Below are positions 29,703 through 43,700 of a DNA stretch of 64,000 nucleotides, piece after piece (position 1 is the stretch's first letter; every line of letters begins with the position of its first letter). The stretch is from Eledone cirrhosa (Eukaryota), in assembly GCA_964016885.1 (NCBI GenBank), contig OZ024740.1, forward strand, positions 404,364,001 through 404,428,000, written 5' to 3'. The position numbers and the translations under genes were made by a program. The notes under the pieces are model-generated. The model saw only the letters and a program-made list of their open reading frames with translations, had not been told where the DNA came from and searched no databases.

Positions 29703-29774
29703 ACATATATATACATATATATACATATATATATACATATATATATACATATATATACATATATATATACATAT

Positions 29775-32114
29775 GGTGGCCAGGAGGGAAGCTAGGAGAG
29801 AAGTGTACTTAGCAAGAAGGGAAGCTGAGGAAAGAAAGTTCAAGCATGTTCTACAACGCGATGACCAAAAACGTGAGGTGTTCAGGATTGCCAGGCAATG
29901 CGTCAAGGAAAACCGTGATATTGTCGGGGAGAAGTGTGTACTTAACGATGATGGCATACTTGCCATCACCGACACTGATAAGAAGGTAGCTTGGAAGTGT
30001 CACTATGAAAGGCTACTAAATGAGGAGAATAAATGGGAGAAAGACAGTCTCCCCCATATCGACCCGATAGAGGGACCAGCAGTGTTAGTCGAGGGGAGTA
30101 TAATAAGTAAGGCAATCAAGGATATGAAGACGGGTAAGGCGGCTGGGCGTTCGGAAATAGTTGCTGAGATGCTGAAGGCATCTGGCACGGTGGGACACAC
30201 CATGGTCACCCGCATAGTTAACCAAGTCGTACAGAATGGGGTTGTTCCGAAGGACTGGCATAGCAGCATCATCGTTAACTGTTATAAGGGTAAAGGAGAC
30301 GCCCTAGATAGGAGTAACTATAGAGGCATTAAATTAATCGACCAGGTCATGAAGGTCACGGAAAAAGTAATAGCGCAACTAATCAGAGAGAGAATTGACC
30401 TAGATGAAATGCAGTTCGGGTTTGTGTCGGGCAAAAGCACCACAGACGCTCTTTTCATAGTACGACAACTACAGGAGAAGTACCTAGCTAAAGGTAAACC
30501 CCTCTACTTAGCTTTTGTCGACCTGGAGAAAGCCTTCGACAGAGTCCCCCGCTCCATTATCTGGTGGGCTCTTAGAAAACTAGGCGTTGACGAATGGCTT
30601 GTGAGGGCTATACAAGCCATGTATAAAGAAACAGTCAGCAAGGTTAGAATTAACAACGAATATAGTGAAGAGTTTAGCGTAAAAGTTGGCGTCCATCAGG
30701 GCTCTGTTCTCAGCCCCCTACTATTTATTATTGCCCTTCAGGCTATAACAGAGGAGTTCAAGACAGGCTGCCCATGGGAACTCCTATACGCAGACGACCT
30801 GACACTCATAGCGGAATCAATGGCCGAGCTAGAGAAGAAATTCCAAACATGGAAGCACGGCCTAGAGTCAAAAGGACTTAAAATTAACCTGGCTAAGACC
30901 AAAGTTCTAGTTTGTAGGAAAGAAAACAAGGCGGCGGTCCCTTCTGGGAAATGGTCGTGCTCGGTATGTAGGAAAGGCGTAGGTAGAAACTCCATTTTAT
31001 GTCCTAAATGCAAAGTATGGGTGCATAAAAGATGTAGTGGGATCACAGGTAAGCTAACTAAGAACATAGATTTTACATGTGGCCGGTGTTCTGGTGCAAT
31101 AAGTAGCAGCAAGTGCCCACAAAATACTAGCTCTTTCAATTGCGCAGAGGGTTCTATAGAAATAGTGGACAGCTTCCGTTACCTGGGCGATAAAATCAGC
31201 AGTGGGGGAGGGTGCTCTGAAAGTACTGTAGCTAGAGTCAGAACTGGTTGGAAAAAGTTCAGAGAGCTTATACCACTATTAGCTGCTAAAGGGTTCTCCC
31301 TAAAAATGAAAGGCAGGTTGTACGATGCCTGCATACGAACAGCAATGTTGCATGGTAGTGAGACCTGGGCATTGTGTGCAGAGGATATACGCAGACTAGA
31401 GAGGAACGAAGCTTGCATGCTCCGCTGGATGTGTAACAGTAATATACGTGAACGGCAAAGCATAAACGAACTAAGGAAAAAATTAGAGATAAGAGGGATC
31501 AGATGTTGTTTACTCGAGAGAAGGCTGCGTTGGTATGGACACGTGATGCGCATGAAAGTCGATAGCTGTATAACAAAGTGCAGGGCAATAAAGATAGACG
31601 GTAGCCACGGAATAGGCAGACCTAGAAAAACATGGGATGAGCTGATAAACTCCGACCTCACACACTTACACCTCTCCAAGACAATGTCACTGGACCGAGA
31701 CCTTTGGCGGTACTCAGTAACAGAGAAGACCCGCCTTGCCAGTAGGCATCTCTAACAAAATACACCCCGTCCCGCCACCACCCCCACCCCATCCACACCA
31801 CCCCGTTCTATGTAAAGTTATGTTGGTGCCGCGCCATCCAGGCCGAAACAAATGAGATCGTGTAGGTGTCACGACAAAAAAACACACAGTCCACGCTGTA
31901 ATGTGGCCGTGTAGGCAACACGGTAAAAACCTCCCAGACCCACACTGTAAATGTGGTTGGTGTTAGGAAGGGCATCCAACTGTAGAAAACCTGCCAGACA
32001 GTCCTAAGCGAGCAAGACAATCACTCTTGCCTCAAGTGGGACTACCCCCGTCCAAACCCATGCAAGCGTGGAACACGGACGTTAAACATTGATGATGATG
32101 ATGATGATGATGAT
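29775..32114 (+). mobile_element. RTE LINE, 5'-truncated, uninterrupted RT frame (660 aa), 3' UTR and (GAT)n tail
   Basis: ORF 29773-31755 has all RT motifs and the PHD-like insert. Tail at ~32090-32114. Confidence 0.93.
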
Positions 32115-32172
32115 ATATATACATATATATATATACATATACATATATATATATACATATATATACATATAC

Positions 32173-32207
<35 letters not shown>

Positions 32208-32231
32208 CATATATATACATATACATATACA

Positions 32232-32263
<32 letters not shown>

Positions 32264-32288
32264 CACATATATATATATATACATATAC

Positions 32289-32319
<31 letters not shown>

Positions 32320-32345
32320 CACATATATATATATATATACATATA

Positions 32346-32887
32346 TATCATCATCTTCAACGTTTAACGTCCGTGTTCCACGCTAGCATGGGTTTGGACG
32401 GGGGTAGTCCCACTTGAGGCAAGAGTGATTGTCTTACTCGCATAGGACTGTCTGGCAGGTTTTCTACAGTTGGATGCCCTTCCTAACACCAACCACATTT
32501 ACAGTGTGGGTCTGGGAGGTTTTTACCGTGTTGCCTACACGGCCACATTACAGCGTGGACTGTGTGTTTTTTTGTCGTGACACCTACACGATCTCATTTG
32601 TTTCGGCCTGGATGGCGCGGCACCAACATAACTTTACATAGAACGGGGTGGTGTGGATGGGGTGGGGGTGGTGGTGGTGGGACGGGGTGTATTTTGTTAG
32701 AGATGCCTACTGGCTGGAGTAGGTTTTACTATATATTTAGGTAAGGCGGGTCTTCTCTGTTACTGAGTACCGCCAAAGGTCTCGGTCCAGTGACATTGTC
32801 TTGGAGAGGTGTAAGTGTGTGAGGTCGGAGTTTATCAGCTCGTCCCAGGTTTTTCTAGGTCTGCCTAGAAAAACCTGGGACGAGCTG
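32346..32887 (-). mobile_element. RTE 3' fragment with a perfect foldback hairpin at its 5' junction
   Basis: 3' UTR and ORF end on the minus strand. 24-bp stem at 32836-32887. Confidence 0.88.
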
Positions 32888-32971
32888 CTATACATATATA
32901 CATATATATACATATATACATATATATATACATATACATACATATATACATATATATATACATATATATAC

Positions 32972-33241
<270 letters not shown>

Positions 33242-33245
33242 ATAC

Positions 33246-33438
<193 letters not shown>

Positions 33439-33453
33439 CATGTATATATATAC

Positions 33454-33485
<32 letters not shown>

Positions 33486-33561
33486 ATACATATATATATA
33501 CATATATATATACATATACATATATATATACATATATATATACATATACATATATATACAT

Positions 33562-35215
33562 ATCATCATCATCATCATCATCAGCGTTTAACGTCCGTGT
33601 TCCACGCTTGCATGGGTTTGGACGGGGGTAGTCCCACTTGAGGCAAGAGTGATTGTCTTGCTCGCATAGGACTGTCTGGCAGGTTTTCTACAGTTGGATG
33701 CCCTTCCTAACACCAACCACATTTACAGTGTGGGTCTGGGAGGTTTTTACCGTGTTGCCTACACGGCCACATTACAGCGTGGACTGTGTGTTTTTTTGTC
33801 GTGACACCTACACGATCTCATTTGTTTCGGCCTCGATGGCGCGGCACCAACATAACTTTACATAGAACGGGGGGGTGTGGATCGGGTGGGGGTGGTGGGA
33901 CGGGGTGTATTTGTTAGAGATGCCTACTGGCTGGAGTAGGTTTTACTATATATTTAGGTAAGGCGGGTCTTCTCTGTTACTGAGTACCGCCAAAGGTCTC
34001 GGTCCAGTGACATTGTCTTGGAGAGGTGTAAGTGTGTGATGTCGGAGTTTATCAGCTCGTCCCAGGTTTTTCTAGGTCTGCCTATTCCGTGACTACCGTC
34101 TATCTTTATTGCCCTGCACTTTGTTATACAGCTATCGACTTTCATGCGCATCACGTGTCCATACCAACGTAGCCTTCTCTCGAGTAAACAACATCTGATC
34201 CCTCTTATCTCTAATTTATTCCTTAGTTCGTTTATGCTTTGCCGTTCACGTATATTACTGTTACACATCCAGCGGAGCATGCAAGCTTCGTTCCTCTCTA
34301 GTCTGCGTATATCCTCTGCACACAATGCCCAGGTCTCACTGCCATGCAGCATTGCTGTTCGTATGCAGGCATCGTACAACCTGCCTTTCATTTTTAGTGA
34401 GAACCCTTTAGCAGCTAATAGTGGTATAAGCTCTCTGAACTTTTTCCAACCAGTTCTGACTCTAGCTACAGTACTTTCAGAGCACCCTCCCCCACTGCTG
34501 ATTTTATCGCCCAGGTAACGGAAGCTGTCCACTATTTCTATAGAACCCTCTGCGCAATTGAAAGAGCTAGTAGTTTGTGGGCACTTGCTGCTACTTATTG
34601 CACCAGAGCACCGGCCACATGTAAAATCTATGTTCTTAGTTAGCCTACCTGTGATCCCACTACATCTTTTATGCACCCATACTTTGCATTTAGGACATAA
34701 AATGGAGTTTCTACCTACGCCTTTCCTACACACCGAGCACGACCATTTCCCAGAAGGGACCGCCGCCTTGTTTTCTTTCCTACAAACTAGTACTTTGGTC
34801 TTAGCCAGGTTAATTTTAAGTCCTTTTGACTCTAGGCCGTGCTTCCATGTTTGGAATTTCTTCTCTAGCTCGGCCATTGATTCCGCTATGAGTGTCAGGT
34901 CGTCTGCGTATAGGAGTTCCCATGGGCAGCCTGTCTTGAACTCCTCTGTTATGGCCTGAAGGGCAATAATAAATAGTAGTGGACTGAGAACAGAGCCCTG
35001 ATGGACGCCGACTTTTACGCTAAACTCTTCACTATATTCGTTGTTAATTCTAACCTTGCTGACTGTTTCTTTATACATGGCTTGTATAGCCCTCACAAGC
35101 CATTCGTCAACGCCTAGTTTTCTAAGAGCCCACCAGATAATGGAGCGGGGGACTCTGTCGAAGGCTTTCTCCAAGTCGACAAAAGCTAAGTAGAGGGGTT
35201 TACCTTTAGCTAGGT
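33562..35215 (-). mobile_element. RTE LINE, 5'-truncated
   Basis: Minus ORF ending at 33954 with [22 protein letters not shown]. (ATC)n at 33562. Confidence 0.92.
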
Positions 35216-35315
35216 ATATATATACATATACATATATACATATACATACATATATATATACATATACATATATATATACATATATATATACATATACATA
35301 TATATATACATATAC

Positions 35316-35351
<36 letters not shown>

Positions 35352-35411
35352 ATATGTATACATATATATATATATATACATATATACATATGTATACATA
35401 TATATATATAT

Positions 35412-35442
<31 letters not shown>

Positions 35443-35578
35443 TACATATGTATACATATATATATATATATATACATATATACATATATATATATATATA
35501 CATATATATATAGACATATATATACATATAGAGATATATATATACATATATATATACATATAGACATATATATACATA

Positions 35579-37428
35579 CAGAGAGAGAATTGATCTAGAT
35601 GAAATGCAGTTCGGGTTTGTGTCAGGCAAAAGTACCACAGACGCTCTTTTCATTGTACGACAACTACAGGAGAAGTACCTAGCTAAAAGTAAACCCCTAT
35701 ACTTAGCTTTTGTCGACTTGGAGAAAGCCTTCGACAGAGTCCCCCGTTCCATTATCTGGTGGTCTCTTAGAAAACTAGGTGTTGACGAATGGCTTGTGAG
35801 AGCTATACAAGCCATGTATAAAGAAACAGTCAGTAAGGTTAGAATTAACAACGAATATAGTGAAGAGTTTAGCGTAAAAGTTGGTGTGCATCAGGGCTCT
35901 GTACTTAGCCCCCTACTATTTATTATTGCCCTTCAGGCTATAACAGAGGAGTTCAAGACCGGCTGCCCATGGGAACTCCTATACGCAGATGATCTAACGC
36001 TCATAGCTGAATCAATGACCGAACTAGAGAAGAAATTCCAAACGTGGAAGCACGGCCTAGAATCAAAAGGCCTTAAAATTAACCTGGCTAAGACTAAAGT
36101 TCTAGTTTGTAGGAAAGAAAATAAGGTGGCGGTCCCATCGGGGAAATGGCCATGCTCAGTGTGTAGGAAAGGCGTAGGTAGAAACTCCATTTTATGTCCC
36201 AAATGCAAAGTATGGGTGCATAAAAGATGTAGTGGGATCACAGGTAAGCTAACTAAGAACATAGATTTTACATGTGGCCGGTGCTCTGGTGCAATAAGTA
36301 GCAGCAAGTGCCCACAAAATACTAGCTCCTTCAACTGCGCAGAGGGTTCTATAGAAATAGTGGACAGCTTCCGTTATCTGGGTGACAAAATCAGCAGTGG
36401 GGGAGGGTGCTCTGAAAGTACAGTAGCTAGAGTCAGAACTGGATGGAAAAAGTTCAGAGAGCTTATACCACTATTAGCCGCTAGAGGGTTCTCCCTAAAA
36501 ATGAAAGGCAGGTTATACGATGCCTGCATACGAACAGCAATGCTGCATGGCAGTGAGACCTGGGCATTGTGTGCAGAGGATATACGCAGACTAGAGAGGA
36601 ACGAAGCTTGCATGCTCCGCTGGATGTGCAATAGTAATATACGTGAACGGCAAAGCATAAACGAACTAAGGAAAAAATTAGAAATAAGAGGGATCAGATG
36701 TTGTTTACTCGAGAGAAGGCTACGTTGGTACGGTCACGTGATGCGCATGAAAGACGACAGCTGTATAACAAAGTGCAGGGCAATAAAGATAGACGGTAGC
36801 CACGGAGTAGGCAGACCCAGAAAAACATGGGACGAGCTGATAAATTCCGACCTCACACGCTTACACCTCTCCAAGACAATGTCACTGGACCGAGACCTTT
36901 GGCGGTACTCAGTAATACTTACCTAAATACAAAGTAAAAACCTACTACAGTCAGTAGGCATCTCTATCAAAACACACCCCCGTCCCACCACCTCCACCCC
37001 ACCCACACCGCCCCTTTCAATGTAAAGTTATGTTGGTCCCACAACATTCAGGCCGAAACAAATGAGATCGTGTAGGTGTCACGACAAAAAACACACAGTC
37101 CACGCTGTAAATGTGGCCGTGTAGGCAACACGGTAAAAACCTCCCAGCCCCACACTGTAAATGTGGTTGGTGTTAGGAAGGGCATCCAGCTGTAGAAAAC
37201 CCGCCAGACAGTCCACGCTGTAATGTGGCCGTGTAGGCAACACGGTAAAAACCTCCCAGCCCCACACTGTAAATGTGGTTGGTGTTAGGAAGGGCATCCA
37301 ACTGTAGAAAACCCGCCAGACAGTCCTATGCGAGCAAGACAACCACTCTTGCCTCAAGTGGGAAAACCCCCGTCCAAACCCATGCAAGCGTGGAACACGG
37401 ACGCTAAACCTGATGATGATGATGATGA
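35579..37428 (+). mobile_element. RTE LINE, 5'-truncated, with 113-bp tandem duplication in the 3' UTR
   Basis: ORF 35604-36926. CAGTCCACGCTGTAA at 37096 and 37209. (GAT)n tail. Confidence 0.92.
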
Positions 37429-38121
37429 TAATATATATATATATATAGACATATATATACATATATATACATATACATATATATACATATATAGATATAT
37501 ACATATATATACATATATAGATATATACATATATATACATATATAGATATATACATATATACATATATAGATATATACATATATAGATATATACATATAT
37601 ACATATACAGATATATACATATATACATATATATATTAATGAAAAAGAACAAAGGAACTATTATGACATTATAACAAGTTTATTGCCGACAGCCGTTTCG
37701 TCCGACCATATGGTGGGACTTGTATATTTGGGGTCTATATTCTAAGGGGGCTCTTTTATATTAGTTGTCAGAGTTCTAAAAGGGATGGGTTATGGGGAGT
37801 TAAGAGAATTTGAACAGGGATTGAAGGTTAAAAATTAGAGAATTTATAATTTACGCATTAAAAGTAAAAGACTTGGGATCTCGTAGAAGCACCTTAAAAA
37901 ATCCCTCAATAAGTGCATAAAGCTTATAAGCCCCATACCTAACAAACCAGAAGAGATTAAGAGACTAAAAAAATATAAAAATAAAAATATAAAGTTTCCT
38001 AAAAAATTCCTTCAAAAGAAGATCCCAGATTGACATAGTCCTTGCCGCTCGTAAAACAATTATCACATTTGAGGATAAATTGTGAACGCGCAAGAACACT
38101 CGTAATAACTTCGACATCACT

Positions 38122-39702
38122 ATGGGGTCTAGTGACTCAACACAGGTGACAGACCTCGTCGAATTGTACTTGCTCAAAGAGCTCAACGAGCAGTTCCCAC
38201 ACCTCAGAGGTGGGCTATACCGTGACGAAGCATTGCTTACTGTGGAGTTTAAACGACACAACCTAGAAAGAACTAGAAAGGACCTATATAAATTCTTCAA
38301 GAACTTTAACCTATCAATAACTATGGATAGAAATAGTAAGGTAGTCAACTTTCTAGATGCCACACTAGACCTAGATAAGTTAGAATATGCACCGTACCAT
38401 AAACCTAACGAGAGGCTGACATACGTCAATGCCAACTCCAACCACCCAGGCTCAGTCCTCAAAGCAATAGTTAAGGGAGTATCTAGTAGGATTAGCGGAC
38501 TATCTAGCAGCATGACCGCATTTGAGGCAAACGCGGAATATTACAATAAGGAGCTAGCTAGGTCAGGGCACAAAGATAATCTCCATTATGTTGAGACAGG
38601 CGGCACCACCCCACCACACCAACCCAGCACTGTAACCACGCATATGTCCATGGGAGATGGAGGGAGAGCTAGAAAGACGAATAGGGACAATAGGAATTTA
38701 GCTAAGAACAACAACACTCGCAATGCAGACACGGATAGGGCCCACGCGCCTGGAAAGCGTTACGCCGCCCCAAGCAAGTCCAACAGTGAAAACGGGGGCC
38801 AGAGGCCTAGGAGATTCGAGACCAACACACATACCACTGTGAGCCCAGCAACCACACCTGGTAGAACCCGTAATAATATAGATGAAGGGAGGGTAGGCAG
38901 CATAGGGGATAAGAAACGCAGTGGAAGGAATAGAAGACGTGATAGTACCTTCTTTAACCCGCCCTTCAATTCTAATGTTACTACAGACCTCCCCAAATAT
39001 TTTTTCTCTTTAATAGATAGGAACTTCCCCCCAGGTAGTAGGTACGGTACTGTCATCAATAAGAATACTATCAAGCTATCGTACTCGACAACCCCTAATC
39101 TGGCCTCACACATAGCTAAGACCAATAAGAGTAAGATTAAAGAGGGACTTAAGGCCATCCGAAATAGTGAACCATGCCAGTACACACGACAACACGGGAC
39201 CAACCCACTGAGTGAAAGACCCAAGGGGATAACAGGCAATAGAACCGGTCCCACTAGGCAGCCCTGCGGCCGCTTGGAGGGACATGCACCCCTGACTGAG
39301 GAGCATGACCCTATTAGAAAGTGTAATTGCAGACGGAAGGACAAATGCCCACTAGCTGGACACTGCCTTATTAGGAACGTAGTATATGCTTGTAACGTAA
39401 CCACAGACACGTATACTAAGACGTATGTGGGGTCAACCGCTAACCAGTTCAAGACGAGATTCAACACCCACCAGCATAGCTTCCGATATGAGAAGCTTAA
39501 AAATACCACGTCGTTAGCGGGGCACATACATAACTTAAAACAAACAAAAACCCCCTACACACTAAGCTGGAGATGCCTTACTAAAGCTCCTCCATATAGC
39601 TCGTTGAGCAGGTTTTGTAGTCTGTGCCTAACTGAATCTCATGCCATAGTATTCTCAGGACTCAACTTGCTCAACAGGAGGTCAGAAATCTTCGTGACTT
39701 AA
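38122..39702 (+). pseudogene. PLE RT (C-terminal part), linker and GIY-YIG endonuclease, 5'-truncated
   Basis: (FDIT)MGS, GLYRDE (degenerate YRDD), VNFLDATLDL, PYHKPN..YVNANSNHP, FNPPF, CNCRRKDKCPLAGHCL, VVYAC..YVGST, CSLCLTE, LLNRRSE. An in-frame TGA lies just upstream at a Trp position. Confidence 0.85.
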
Positions 39703-40721
39703 TTGTTTATTAATTGTTTGTTAATTAGGCAGGAATATATTATTATGTCTTTGTTAATCCTATATTAATAATTTTATAATAATTTTTTGATAGTACATTA
39801 TTAGATTACTGAAGCTACCTTATACCTTCTTAAAAATACATTTTATAATTATTGTCTTTTTGCTTATGTATTTTCTTACTTATCATTTTCTTTAATCTTG
39901 CCCAACTTGATAAGCTCTTTGAATTGTTCCCTAATTAGATTACTTAAATTACTTAAATTACTTTATCTATTATACCTAAGTTGTATCTGTTGAAGCAGCC
40001 CTTTGAAAATTCCTCGGATCTCCCAAATCCCGTAATTTTTAACTTTTAATTTGTAATTTTCCTCAATTCGTTTATATATATCTTTAAAGGCTCTCTAAAA
40101 TTTTAATTCTTTGAAGAGTCTCTCGGAAGAGGTTCTTATTAAAAATATTAAAGGGGCCTTTTCTGAGGGATTTTTTGAAGGCGTTTTGAATTAACCTTTA
40201 ATTGATTAGTTTCTTTCAACTTAGTAGGGATTATCAAAACTTCGTAAATTTTCTGAAATTTTTTAACGTGATCTCTGGAAAAAAAATTTTTTTTTTTTTT
40301 TTTTTCTTTCGAAGGAATATTTTAGGAAACTTGATATTTTTTTTAGGAAACTTTATATTTTTATTTTTTTAGTCTCTTAATCTCTTCTGGTTTGTTAGGT
40401 TTGTTGGGGCTTATAAGCTTTATGCTCTTATTGAGGGATTTTTTTAAGGTGCTTCTACGAGATCCCAAGTCTTTTACTTTTAATGCGTAAATTATAAATT
40501 CTCTAATTTTTAACGTTCAATCCCTGACTCTTAGGCCCTTTTCAAATTCTCTTAACTCCCCATAACCCATCCCTTTTACACTCCGACAACTAATATAAAA
40601 GAGCCCCTTAGAATATGGACCCCAAGTATACAAGCAGAGCTGTTGATGTATACCACAATTTCAAACTGCTAATCTTGAGTGAAACATTGATGTAAATAAT
40701 GAACTTACAATCACCGTTATA

Positions 40722-40768
40722 TGCCTTGAAAAGTCCCACCATATGGTCGGACGAAACGGCTGTCAGCA
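40722..40768 (+). ncRNA. Type I hammerhead motif with U3-A8 core variant
   Basis: TGCC-TTGAAAA-GTCC(cACCAtaTGGTc)GGAC-GAAAC-GGCT-GTC-AGCA then AATAAA. The inverted copy at ~37684 has GGCA, which restores stem I. Confidence 0.65.
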
Positions 40769-40920
40769 ATAAACTTGTTATAATGTCATAATAGTTCCTT
40801 TGTTCATTTTCATTAATATTTCTGCTCTGCTTATACGCATAGAGCTTAACTAGCTACCGTCGCATATTTGGTAGGTCAGACGTGATCATCGCGATTCACA
40901 TACGACCTACCATACATCTA

Positions 40921-41855
<935 letters not shown>

Positions 41856-43431
41856 ATCATCATCATCAACGTTTAACGTCCGTGTTCCACGCTTGCATGG
41901 GTTTGGACGGGGGTAGTCCCACTTGAGGCAAGAGTGATTGTCTTGCTCGCATAGGACTGTCTGCAGGTTTTCTACAGTTGGATGCCCTTCCTAACACCAA
42001 CCACATTTACAGTGTGGGTCTGGGAGGTTTTTACCGTGTTGCCTACACGGCCACATTACAGCGTGGACTGTGTGTTTTTTTGTCGTGACACCTACACGAT
42101 CTCATTTGTTTCGGCCTGGATGGCGCGGCACCAACATAACTTTACATAGAACGGGGTGGTGTGGATGGGGTGGGGGTGGTGGCGGGACGGGGTGTATTTT
42201 GTTAGAGATGCCTACTGGCAAGGCGGGTCTTCTCTGTTACTGAGTACCGCCAAAGGTCTCGGTCCAGTGACATTGTCTTGGAGAGGTGTAAGTGTGTGAG
42301 GTCGGAGTTTATCAGCTCATCCCATGTTTTTCTAGGTCTGCCTATTCCGTGGCTACCGTCTATCTTTATTGCCCTGCACTTTGTTATACAGCTATCGACT
42401 TTCATGCGCATCACGTGTCCATACCAACGCAGCCTTCTCTCGAGTAAACAACATCTGATCCCTCTTATCTCTAATTTTTTCCTTAGTTCGTTTATGCTTT
42501 GCCGTTCACGTATATTACTGTTACACATCCAGCGGAGCATGCAAGCTTCGTTCCTCTCTAGTCTGCGTATATCCTCTGCACACAATGCCCAGGTCTCACT
42601 ACCATGCAACATTGCTGTTCGTATGCAGGCATCGTACAACCTGCCTTTCATTTTTAGGGAGAACCCTTTAGCAGCTAATAGTGGTATAAGCTCTCTGAAC
42701 TTTTTCCAACCAGTTCTGACTCTAGCTACAGTACTTTCAGAGCACCCTCCCCCACTGCTGATTTTATCGCCCAGGTAACGGAAGCTGTCCACTATTTCTA
42801 TAGAACCCTCTGCGCAATTGAAAGAGCTAGTATTTTGTGGGCACTTGCTGCTACTTATTGCACCAGAACACGGCCACATGTAAAATCTATGTTCTTAGTT
42901 AGCTTACCTGTGATCCCACTACATCTTTTATGCACCCATACTTTGCATTTAGGACATAAAATGGAGTTTCTACCTACGCCTTTCCTACACACCGAGCACG
43001 ACCATTTCCCAGAAGGGACCGCCGCCTTGTTTTCTTTCCTACAAACTAGAACTTTGGTCTTAGCCAGGTTAATTTTAAGTCCTTTTGACTCTAGGCCGTG
43101 CTTCCATGTTGGAATTTCTTCTCTAGCTCGGCCATTGATTCCGCTATGAGTGTCAGGTCGTCTGCGTATAGGAGTTCCCATGGGCAGCCTGTCTTGAACT
43201 CCTCTGTTATAGCCTGAAGGGCAATAATAAATAGTAGGGGGCTGAGAACAGAGCCCTGATGGACGCCAACTTTTACGCTAAACTCTTCACTATATTCGTT
43301 GTTAATTCTAACCTTGCTGACTGTTTCTTTATACATGGCTTGTATAGCCCTCACAAGCCATTCGTCAACGCCTAGTTTTCTAAGAGCCCACCAGATAATG
43401 GAGCGGGGGACTCTGTCGAAGGCTTTCTCCA

Positions 43432-43432
<1 letters not shown>
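41856..43432 (-). mobile_element. RTE LINE, 5'-truncated, with two small frameshifts
   Basis: ORFs 43091-43462, 42855-43181 and 42202-42879 (minus). Shares the ...KTRLASRHL end with 29775-32114. Confidence 0.9.
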
Positions 43433-43466
<34 letters not shown>

Positions 43467-43638
43467 TACAATACACATATCTATTTTCTATTACACAGAA
43501 ATTAAGCCCTATTGGAAGTTTGAACATCAAAAATATCAAAAATAAGCATGGTTATTTTTGATATTTTGATATTTTTGATGTTCAAACTTCCAATAGGGCT
43601 TAATTTCTGTGTAATAGAAAATAGATATGTGTATTGTA

Positions 43639-43697
<59 letters not shown>
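43433..43697. repeat. Near-perfect palindrome, ~110-bp arms including (CA)n/(TG)n
   Basis: CATATTACAATACAC...AAAAATAA-GCATGG-TTATTTTT...GTGTATTGTAATATG. The right arm has one 8-nt duplication. Confidence 0.92.

Positions 43698-43700
<3 letters not shown>

Larger units (their letters stand above)
37633..40920 (+). mobile_element. Penelope-like element (Naiad-like CxCx5C linker) with inverted 5' pseudo-LTR and a 3' pseudo-LTR containing a hammerhead motif
   Basis: ORF 38122-39702. 37633-~38020 is the reverse complement of ~40304-40820 with an internal deletion. Confidence 0.8.

Noticed and set aside
38083-38085. In-frame TGA upstream of the Naiad-like ORF as a selenocysteine codon
   Set aside because: It falls at a position that is normally Trp (W..K...FDITMG), so a TGG-to-TGA mutation is simpler. 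No SECIS was identified.
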